Assembly: GCA_044347345.1 (NCBI GenBank)
Contig: JBIKUX010000037.1
Coordinates: forward strand, 1 to 15,848
Direction: 5' to 3'
Source of the DNA: Bdellovibrionota bacterium
GTDB taxonomy: Bacteria > Bdellovibrionota_C > UBA2361 > JBIKUX01
DNA length: 15,848 bases
Shown: positions 1 through 7,466 of the stretch, piece by piece
How the letters are laid out: each line of letters begins with the position of its first letter
Numbering within the stretch: position 1 is the first letter of the stretch
Translations under genes and position numbers: made by a program
The notes under the pieces: generated by a model
What the model saw: the letters and a program-made list of their open reading frames with translations, nothing else
Database searches by the model: none
What the model was told of the DNA's origin: nothing

Positions 1-162
1 TTCCCGCGCTGTGTTTCATTCCCGCGCTGTGTTTCATTCCCGCGCTGTGTTTCATTCCCGCGCTGTGTTTCATTCCCGCGCTGTGTTTCATTCCCGCGCT
101 GTGTTTCATTCCCGCGCTGTGTTTCATTCCCGCGCTGTGTTTCATCACTACGCTGTGTTTTA
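1..162. repeat. 18-bp tandem repeat TTCCCGCGCTGTGTTTCA: 8 exact copies (1-144) plus one degenerate copy TCACTACGCTGTGTTTTA (145-162); truncated by the window start
   Basis: Read directly. Units abut with no spacers. The unit is 6 codons long and + frame 1 gives (FPRCVS)x8-SLRCVL with no stop. Confidence 0.98.
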
Positions 163-720
163 CTTTATTTTACAGTAAGAGTTTCCTTAGTTACTGTAAC
201 AGTTTTATCCAGTGGATGCATGTTAAGTGGACATCCTGCTTTGTACAAAAGCACCGATTTTTACAATAGTTTAAACTTACAACAAGATTCCGAGGATTAT
301 ACCAAAAATATATCAAACAGTAGCAGTAGCAGTAGCAGTAGCAATACCTCTAAAGTAGCTGTTACTACTAAACGTAAGTATATTCATACAACCGGTAACG
401 GTTATCAATTATCTCCATTCACTCAGCAGGGATTTGCTTCATTTTATCATTCATCATTTCATGGTAAGCCCACCGCCAGTGGTCAGCCTTACTCTGTACA
501 TCAGTTTACGGCCGCACACAGAACCTTACCTTTTGGTACAAAAGTAAAGGTTACTAATAAGATAAATGGAAAGTCTGTTGTAGTAGTAATAAATGATCGC
601 GGCCCCTGGATATCAAAAAGAGTTATAGATGTATCATCCAGCGCCGCTAAAGTTATTGGACTTCTTCAATCAGGAGTAGCACCAGTTAAGGTGGAAACTT
701 TAAATAAAAATAATACTTAA
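1..720 (+). CDS. rlpA: RlpA-family septal-ring lytic transglycosylase (DPBB domain only), probable lipoprotein; probably 5'-partial (ORF-track ATG at 220 is likely internal)
   Basis: C-terminal half shows RlpA motifs: GFASFY..FHGKPTASG, FTAAHRTLPFGTKVKVTN, VVVVINDRGP, RVIDVS..AA..IG...GVAPVKVE. Frame 1 is open from base 1 and encodes VLLYFTVRVSLVTVTVLSSGC (hydrophobic stretch plus lipobox-like SSG-C, Cys codon 217-219) just before the ATG at 220. No ATG/GTG/TTG occurs in frame 1 in 1-219. Family call is firm; the start is uncertain. Confidence 0.88.
   Translation, partial: FPRCVSFPRCVSFPRCVSFPRCVSFPRCVSFPRCVSFPRCVSFPRCVSSLRCVLLYFTVRVSLVTVTVLSSGCMLSGHPALYKSTDFYNSLNLQQDSEDYTKNISNSSSSSSSSNTSKVAVTTKRKYIHTTGNGYQLSPFTQQGFASFYHSSFHGKPTASGQPYSVHQFTAAHRTLPFGTKVKVTNKINGKSVVVVINDRGPWISKRVIDVSSSAAKVIGLLQSGVAPVKVETLNKNNT
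319..342 (+). repeat. (AGTAGC)x4 microsatellite encoding an 8-Ser run in the RlpA linker
   Basis: Read directly; translates to NSSSSSSSSN. Confidence 0.95.
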
Positions 721-752
721 TTAGTTATAATCTATTACCATCACCGTTAACG

Positions 753-2615
753 TCAGTGACGCTTAGTAGAAATACTACTTGTTCTTAAAGCATTCATCAC
801 AGCTAATAAGTCTATCGCCTCCTGAATTAAAGCCCCCATAATTGGATTTATTAATCCACAAGCAGCACCGCCCATTGCTATAATACTCAAAGCCATGCCA
901 CCTAACGCGCTTTGAAGAGCTACACTACGCATAGAAATTCCGATGTGGAGCAATTCATCAAGCGAAGATAATGAAGGTTCAAGAATCACGGCTCCAGCCG
1001 CTTGAGAGGTAATAGAATTACTCTTTCCAAGTGCTATCCCGACATGAGCAACACTTAAAGCTGGTGCATCATTTATACCATCACCGACAAATAACGTCGG
1101 TGCTTTTTCACTCTCACATACTACATAGTGAACTTTTTCTTCTGGTGAGAGATTTGCATAAATTTCATTTAATCCTAAAAGGCTTCCTATCCTTTCAGCC
1201 TCTTGAGACCTGTCACCAGAGAGGATTACAACCCGTTCAATATTATGATGGCTCTTAAGATGACTAATAAACTTTTTAGCATCGACTCGTGGTTGATCAT
1301 AAAAGTGAAATATTGCCGATGGTTCGTCATCAATAATTAATATTGTCTCTAAACCTCCTATTGAGATAGGTAAATTAGAGTACTGTTGAGCAGTAAGTTG
1401 CTTACGACCACTAAGCTTTATTCTTTTTCCTTGAACGTCAGCAACTAGCCCCTCTCCTGGGAGCTCTTTAACTTTACTAACGGACAACAATCTTATACCA
1501 CGTTCTTGTGCTGCTCTTAACAGAGGCTGTGCGAGAGGATGAGTGGAATACCTTTCTGCACTAGCACTGTAAGAAAATACTTCCTCCTCTGAAATTTTCT
1601 TAAGAAGAGTGACATTACTGAGCACAGGGATTCCCTCGGTAAGAGTCCCAGTTTTATCGAAAATTGCCGTACGACATTGAGTACTTCGCTCAAGCACCAT
1701 CGGATCTGTGATAACTATTCCTCGCCGAGCTGCCGATGATATTGACCCTATAATTGCCACTGGTATCGCGATAAGTAATGGACAAGGTGTTGCTACTACC
1801 AATACGGAGAGAAATCGAGAGGATTCACCACTAAAAAGCCAAGCACCGATAGCAACCGTTAGAGCAAAAGGAGCGTACCAACCACCAAGTACATCGCCAA
1901 TCCGTCTCATTTTTGGTTGAAGCTGCTTTGATGCAGTTAATACTTTTGCGATTTGTGCGTAACGAGAGTCAATAGCCTTAGCAGTAGCCTTAACTACTAA
2001 AGCAGTATCTCCATTTACTGCACCTGAAATAACCGCTGTACCATCGGTTTTTTCCACTCTGTATGGCTCACCAGTTAGAAATGATTCGTCCATCCAGCCT
2101 GCTCCTTCAACAATAATTCCGTCTACTGGAACAATTGAATGGGGTAATATTTCTATCTCATCACCAATCTCTATTTTATCGCATGAGACCTCTTCAATAA
2201 AAGTGTTCTCAGACTGAATCCTACGCCTTCTGGCAGAATTCGGGAGCCTAGCTGCAAGAGCATCAAGAACACGAGAAGCTCGGTGTAACGCATAGTCTTC
2301 TAAGGCCTTTCCACCGGCAAGCATGAGGATTAAGATCAAAGCTGCATACAATTCATTAGTAATAAAGGCGGTGGTGATAGCAATTACCGCGAGAATATCT
2401 GCACCACCATCACCTCTAAAAGCATTAAGGATTGAGGTGTAAATAATTATAATGCCAGCTACAACAACCCCAACTGTAAGAATTAAATATTCTACTGATT
2501 TAAGTCCTAAGATTCGACATATAAGGCTAATAATTATGAAAATAACGGAAAAAGCTGCAACTATTCGTGGTTTAATAATGAACCGAGATAAAAATATGTT
2601 TAAAGTACCATTCAT
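753..2615 (-). CDS. Heavy-metal translocating P1B-type ATPase, P1B-5-like (TPCP and QExxD), lacking terminal metal-binding domains
   Basis: DKTGT phosphorylation motif, DESFLTGEP actuator motif, STHPLA, SGD, VGDGINDAPAL, transmembrane TPCPLLIA, and QEAID in the last helix. Confidence 0.95.
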   Translation of the reverse strand: MNGTLNIFLSRFIIKPRIVAAFSVIFIIISLICRILGLKSVEYLILTVGVVVAGIIIIYTSILNAFRGDGGADILAVIAITTAFITNELYAALILILMLAGGKALEDYALHRASRVLDALAARLPNSARRRRIQSENTFIEEVSCDKIEIGDEIEILPHSIVPVDGIIVEGAGWMDESFLTGEPYRVEKTDGTAVISGAVNGDTALVVKATAKAIDSRYAQIAKVLTASKQLQPKMRRIGDVLGGWYAPFALTVAIGAWLFSGESSRFLSVLVVATPCPLLIAIPVAIIGSISSAARRGIVITDPMVLERSTQCRTAIFDKTGTLTEGIPVLSNVTLLKKISEEEVFSYSASAERYSTHPLAQPLLRAAQERGIRLLSVSKVKELPGEGLVADVQGKRIKLSGRKQLTAQQYSNLPISIGGLETILIIDDEPSAIFHFYDQPRVDAKKFISHLKSHHNIERVVILSGDRSQEAERIGSLLGLNEIYANLSPEEKVHYVVCESEKAPTLFVGDGINDAPALSVAHVGIALGKSNSITSQAAGAVILEPSLSSLDELLHIGISMRSVALQSALGGMALSIIAMGGAACGLINPIMGALIQEAIDLLAVMNALRTSSISTKRH

Positions 2616-2675
2616 GCTTCAGAATATAGCACTAATATGTAAGTTAGACGTGCCGAAATTATTAATCAAATAGTA

Positions 2676-4253
2676 CTAACGTTTTCTTACAAACAATCCA
2701 AATGATTCATCCTTGTAAGCTAGCTTCCAGTCATTCTTTAACAGATCCAAAATCTGCCCAAGAGGATGTTCATAACCGACCACAATAACATCTGGATCGT
2801 CGCGTTCAAGAGTACTTTGCCATGGACCATATAAGGAGAAAAGATTAAACCCATCGAGTAGCCTCTGAACAGGAACAAATTGGGTTCTTCCATCAAAAGT
2901 TAACCTGAAACGACTAGGAAATTTTTCCTGACTAAGAGCCCAAGCACACCATCCTCCATAATCATAAGGAGCCGCCACTCTGACAAATCGATGCAACTCG
3001 GGTATTAGGCTAGGTATTCTTAAACAAGGTCTTATAGGCGTTTTTTCAAATAACTCTTTTTCGGTACTTAAAGCATTAGCTTTGCTAAATGGGCATGTAA
3101 AAATACTGTAGCCTAAGCTAAATACAAGACAGATATACAGTAGAATTCGAGATTTCACTAATCGAGATAAGTTATTATCACCTGAGTGATACTTAACTTT
3201 ATTAACTATTCTGACAACAATAGGAACAACTAGTGGGATACTGAATATTATAAAAAATATTGCGTATTTTATCGCCTGAATAAACATTAAGAAACTAGTA
3301 CAAAATAACATTAATTCAAATGCTCTTGTACGAATACGAGGCAACGAATATCCCTTAACTACAAGCAAACAAGAAATCAAACAAAACCAATGAAAACTAT
3401 TCCATTTACTAAAACCAGGTCTTAATTCAGTCACAAAAGATTTTATCCAAGCTGGATTAATAGCTACATCAAGAAAAACATAATAATTCGCAAATTTTGA
3501 ATTTAAGCCGAATTCGGTAGTGAAAAGTCCGTAAGGTGATAATAGACCTGAGAAAATTAACGCGATAAACCCACCCCAAGAATAAAAACAACTTAACTTT
3601 AGTCTTCGCGGCTGCTTCCAAGGCAGCACTCTTGAAAAACAGAAAAACATTCCCCACAAAAAGGGAATAAGCACCCAATAAATATGAATGTTGGCGCAGA
3701 TTGAAGAAACAATAAATAAAATACCAAAAGACGCGCTCTTTTGCTTTAATAGTAAATAAAGAGCGGTTGCTACCAAAACAACAGCTATAGCGGTAGGACG
3801 TGTTGAAATAAGATTAAAATAAAAATACTCAAGTAATAACACATATAAGACTGCAAGGAGTATCGGAACATTTCTAGCGGAGACAAATACTAGCTTTAAT
3901 AATACTACTCCTAGCGAAGCTCCAATTATGCCGCAGATAGCACGAAGACCAGAAAAGCCAAAATAACGATAAGCAAGGTAAATTATATACTGACCAAACC
4001 AATGATAATCTATCCAAGAGGAATTAAACGCATTAATAAAATCATATCTAGGTACATCGCCTGAATGATATACCCATGCCCCACCAAGAAGATGAAAACC
4101 TAAATCAGGATCGTAAATCGGTACCAACCAGTGTGATAGGCCAGCAAAAAATACCGTCAAATAAGCTAAAAGCCGGTCATTAGGCAAATATTTAAGACAA
4201 GCACTTTGATTTGAATTATTTTTCATCACAGTTAGTTGCGATATAACAAACAC
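2676..4253 (-). CDS. Multi-pass integral membrane protein, putative GT-C-fold glycosyltransferase-like; start either GTG at 4253 or ATG at 4226
   Basis: 525-aa ORF with many hydrophobic segments. An acidic DPD.GFHL..G...D....W.D.HW loop follows the first helix, and there is a soluble C-terminal domain (YDYGGW, FDGRT, WKLAYKD..F.LFVRK). The coding call is strong; the function is inferred. Confidence 0.7.
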   Translation of the reverse strand: MFVISQLTVMKNNSNQSACLKYLPNDRLLAYLTVFFAGLSHWLVPIYDPDLGFHLLGGAWVYHSGDVPRYDFINAFNSSWIDYHWFGQYIIYLAYRYFGFSGLRAICGIIGASLGVVLLKLVFVSARNVPILLAVLYVLLLEYFYFNLISTRPTAIAVVLVATALYLLLKQKSASFGILFIVSSICANIHIYWVLIPFLWGMFFCFSRVLPWKQPRRLKLSCFYSWGGFIALIFSGLLSPYGLFTTEFGLNSKFANYYVFLDVAINPAWIKSFVTELRPGFSKWNSFHWFCLISCLLVVKGYSLPRIRTRAFELMLFCTSFLMFIQAIKYAIFFIIFSIPLVVPIVVRIVNKVKYHSGDNNLSRLVKSRILLYICLVFSLGYSIFTCPFSKANALSTEKELFEKTPIRPCLRIPSLIPELHRFVRVAAPYDYGGWCAWALSQEKFPSRFRLTFDGRTQFVPVQRLLDGFNLFSLYGPWQSTLERDDPDVIVVGYEHPLGQILDLLKNDWKLAYKDESFGLFVRKR

Positions 4254-4528
4254 TTCTAAAGACTAAGCTAAAAACTTGTACTTCAAACAGATAAAATTAA
4301 TTAAACTCGCTAGTTTTTATTTATAGAGCTGCCTTCGTGTACGGATCACAAATATCCAGTAAATATAAAGTACGAGATAGAACCAATTATATTAAATGAG
4401 CTAGCAATTATTTTTAGAGAATAAAATAAAAATAATATAAACTACCCAACGCAGATTAGTGTTTTATTTAAAAAAATTTTAAAACTAACATTAAATCAAG
4501 GTCAGAAAAAGTTAAACGTAATGATAAA

Positions 4529-5788
4529 ATGTCAAGTTTAAGTGAGAGAGATATTTGTGCCATTTGGCACCCTTTTACTCAAGCCTTAATTAGCGATCCT
4601 CCAATCGGTATAGTAAGAGGTAAGGGCTCTTTGCTTTACACAGAGGAAGGTAAAGAACTAGTAGATGCTATATCCTCGTGGTGGGTAAATATTCATGGAC
4701 ATGCTAATCCTTATATAGCGCAGAGAATTTCCACACAGCTTGCTACTCTTGAACATGTAATGTTTGGAGGATTCACGCACGAACCTGCCGTCAGACTCGC
4801 TGAAGAATTACTTAAACTTCTTCCTAATAATCAAGATAAAATCTTTTATTCAGATAATGGCTCCACTGCAACCGAAGTAGCATTAAAAATGGCTATTCAA
4901 TTCTGGGCTAATCAAGGGATAAAAAAGAGGCAAATAATTGCTTTAAAAGGCTCATACCACGGTGATACTTTTGGTGCTATGGCCATGAGCGAGCGTGGTA
5001 TCTTTACCCTTGCATTTCATGATCTTCTTTTACCGGTTATTTTCATTGATCTTGAGCAAGAAGAAAAAAAGGTGCTCTCTGATTTTGAAGATGCAATAAA
5101 ATCTGACACCGCTGCTTTTATTTTTGAACCCATTATTCAAGGAGTGGCAGGTATGCGAATTAGCAACCCTTCACTTGTTGATAAATTAATAAGAACAGCA
5201 AAAAAGAGCCGTATCATCACCATTGCAGATGAGGTTATGACCGGCTTCTACCGCACTGGAAAAACATTTGCTTCTGATTACCTTCAAGAAAAACCAGATA
5301 TCATCTGCTTATCAAAAAGTTTAACCGGTGGTTTTTTACCTCTTGGAGTAACTTCATGTAGCCAATATATATATGAGGCATTCCTTTCTAGAGACCGCAG
5401 ACAAACTTTTTTCCATGGTCATTCGTATACAGCTAATCCGCTTGCATGCACAGCAGCTTGCGCTACTTTAGAATTATTACAGAAAAAAGAGTGCTTAGAT
5501 AATATTGCCCGTATTGAGTCTATGCACAAAACATTTCTCGACGAGATAGCTGATTATCCAAAATGTCACTTGCCTCGCCAATTAGGAACAATATGTGCTT
5601 TTAATTTTGATACCGATAAGTTTGATTATACTTGCGAAGCCCACCAAAAACTTTATAAATTTTATCTTAATCGAGGGATACTCCTACGGCCACTCGGTGC
5701 TGTAGTTTATGTAATGCCGCCCTACAGCACTACAACAGAGCAGTTAGAGAGAATTTATAGCGTAATTAAAGAAAGTTTAACTTTGTAG
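4529..5788 (+). CDS. bioA: 7,8-diaminononanoate synthase (8-amino-7-oxononanoate aminotransferase), class III PLP aminotransferase
   Basis: IWHPFTQ, DAISSWWVNIHGH, HVMFGGFTHEPA, FYSDNGSTATEVALKMAIQFW, YHGDTFGAM, ADEVMTGFYRTG, PDIICLSKSLTGG (PLP Lys), FFHGHSYTANPL, LRPLGAVVYVMPPY. Confidence 0.95.
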   Translation: MSSLSERDICAIWHPFTQALISDPPIGIVRGKGSLLYTEEGKELVDAISSWWVNIHGHANPYIAQRISTQLATLEHVMFGGFTHEPAVRLAEELLKLLPNNQDKIFYSDNGSTATEVALKMAIQFWANQGIKKRQIIALKGSYHGDTFGAMAMSERGIFTLAFHDLLLPVIFIDLEQEEKKVLSDFEDAIKSDTAAFIFEPIIQGVAGMRISNPSLVDKLIRTAKKSRIITIADEVMTGFYRTGKTFASDYLQEKPDIICLSKSLTGGFLPLGVTSCSQYIYEAFLSRDRRQTFFHGHSYTANPLACTAACATLELLQKKECLDNIARIESMHKTFLDEIADYPKCHLPRQLGTICAFNFDTDKFDYTCEAHQKLYKFYLNRGILLRPLGAVVYVMPPYSTTTEQLERIYSVIKESLTL

Positions 5789-5827
5789 TGCAAAGCTATT
5801 TTTTATCTCAAGTCAGAATATCTAAAA

Positions 5828-7405
5828 TTAGGTTATCTCCCAATTTACTTTTTGAGCAAGTATAGCATTAGCTCCGTAGTTTATAGTACTAGTTTGCCTT
5901 CTCATATAGTACTTCCATGAATCTGAGCCAGCTTCTCGACCTCCTCCTGTATGCTTTTCTCCACCAAATGCTCCTCCAATTTCAGCTCCTGAAGTTCCTA
6001 GATTTACATTGGCGATACCACAATCACTACCAACAGAGCTTAAAAAATACTCGGAATACATTAAAGAATTAGTAAAAATAGCTGAAGACAAACCTTGATC
6101 TACCCCATTATTTAAAGAGATAGCCTCCTCAATTGAAGTAAAAGAAGTAATATACAAGATCGGAGCAAAAGTTTCTTCACGAACAATTGGAGCTGTAGCC
6201 GATATTTCAATTAGCGTTGGTTGAACATAAAAAGGTGAAGGCATGTCTGTAGCTAAATTCCCGCCAAAAAGTATGGTTCCACCCTGTTCAGTCGCAATTT
6301 TACAAGCAGAAATAAAATTATTGACTGCATTTTCTGAAATAAGAGGCCCCATTAATACGCCATCAGTTAAGGGATTTCCAATCTTAACTTTTGAAAACAT
6401 ATCAATTAAATGCCTCTTAACTCTATCATATACGCTATGATGAACGAGCAGCCTCCGAGTAGTTGTACATCGCTGACCTGAAGTTCCTAGTGCTCCAAAT
6501 AGTGTCGAACGTATAGCCATATCAATATGGGCATCCTCCATAATGATTACGGCATTATTTCCACCTAGTTCAAGGATTGACCTTCCAAAACGAGATGCTA
6601 CTCGAGTTGCTACATCTTTGCCCATCATGCATGAGCCCGTAGCCGATACGCACGGAATTCTTGAATCATCAGCAATTATCTGACCTTCAGTGTTACCTTT
6701 ACCAAGTAAAAGACTGGTTAAAGCAAGAGGATGGCCTAAATTACGAGCTACTTTTCGGACAAGAGATATACACGCAATAGACGATAAAGGTGAATGCTCA
6801 GAAGGCTTCCAAAGCACAGAATTACCACACACAAGAGCAATCATTGCATTCCATGCCCATACAGCTACAGGAAAATTAAAAGCCGTGATTACTCCTATTA
6901 CTCCCAAAGGATGCCACTGCTCAAACATGCGATGTTCAAGACGCTCAGAATGCATCTCTAGGCCATAAAGTTGGCGAGAGAGACCAACAGCAAAGTCAGC
7001 AATGTCGACCGCTTCTTGTATCTCTCCTTCACCCTCACTCAAAATCTTTCCAGTCTCAATACTTACCAACTCGCCAAGTAAAGATTTATTATGTCTTAAT
7101 TCATCAGCTATTTGTCGAACAAAATTGCCTCTTACTGGTGCTGGTACACTTCTCCAATATTTAAAGGCCTCTATGGAAGCAGATATCACTTCATGATAAT
7201 TTGGTGCTCCTACCCCACAATCTGCTAGAAATTGCCCATCTATTGGAGAATATTTAGCGAAACTTCCACTAGCAGTTAATTCCAAATCTTCTTCAGCCCA
7301 CGCACCGGGTAGCACAGCCAAACTTAATAGATCAGTTAAATTAAGGTCGGAAAATATCTGCTTAAACCGGCTCGAAGTAAGGTGATCTACCATAACCTTA
7401 GCCAC
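5828..7405 (-). CDS. Aldehyde dehydrogenase family 7 (alpha-aminoadipic semialdehyde / L-piperideine-6-carboxylate dehydrogenase, Pcd/AmaB-like); start GTG 7405 or ATG 7393
   Basis: ALDH7-type strings GLSRQLYGL..HSER..HRMFEQWHPLG, ITAFNFPVAVWAWN, LELGGNNA (catalytic Glu), GQRCTTTRR (catalytic Cys), SDCGIANVN.GTSGAEIGGAFGGEK.TGGGRE.GSD.WK.YMRRQT.TINY. Confidence 0.93.
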   Translation of the reverse strand: MAKVMVDHLTSSRFKQIFSDLNLTDLLSLAVLPGAWAEEDLELTASGSFAKYSPIDGQFLADCGVGAPNYHEVISASIEAFKYWRSVPAPVRGNFVRQIADELRHNKSLLGELVSIETGKILSEGEGEIQEAVDIADFAVGLSRQLYGLEMHSERLEHRMFEQWHPLGVIGVITAFNFPVAVWAWNAMIALVCGNSVLWKPSEHSPLSSIACISLVRKVARNLGHPLALTSLLLGKGNTEGQIIADDSRIPCVSATGSCMMGKDVATRVASRFGRSILELGGNNAVIIMEDAHIDMAIRSTLFGALGTSGQRCTTTRRLLVHHSVYDRVKRHLIDMFSKVKIGNPLTDGVLMGPLISENAVNNFISACKIATEQGGTILFGGNLATDMPSPFYVQPTLIEISATAPIVREETFAPILYITSFTSIEEAISLNNGVDQGLSSAIFTNSLMYSEYFLSSVGSDCGIANVNLGTSGAEIGGAFGGEKHTGGGREAGSDSWKYYMRRQTSTINYGANAILAQKVNWEIT

Positions 7406-7435
7406 TAAAATAAAATCAACAAATTCCTTGTTATC

Positions 7436-7466
7436 AAAAAAAGAAGAGAGCCGTAAGCACCACGAC
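7436..7466 (-). terminator. Candidate intrinsic terminator after purF
   Basis: Minus strand reads GUCGUGG-UGC-UUACGGC (7-bp stem including three G-U pairs) followed by UCUCUUCUUUUUUU, starting at the purF stop. The stem is weak. Confidence 0.4.

Noticed and set aside
1..148. Minus-strand ORF from the repeat, (MKHSAG)n or (ETQRGN)n
   Set aside because: The ETQRGN frame has a stop just upstream and no start. The MKHSAG frame has ATG/GTG but no nearby RBS. Continuity of + frame 1 with a lipoprotein-like signal and the RlpA domain is the simpler reading, though not proven.
1..162. CRISPR array
   Set aside because: Units are 18 bp and directly abutting, with no unique spacers, and there are no cas genes in the window.
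1031..2673. Short + strand ORFs 1031-1258, 1708-1920 and 2452-2673
   Set aside because: Antisense to the well-supported ATPase and without recognisable motifs. The His-rich look of 1031-1258 is a by-product of antisense codons.
3469..3678. 69-aa minus-strand ORF
   Set aside because: Nested out of frame inside the membrane protein gene; no support.
5781..5804. Possible terminator after bioA (CTTTGT-AGT-GCAAAG then CTATTTTTT)
   Set aside because: The stem is short, AT-rich and overlaps the stop codon; too weak to call.
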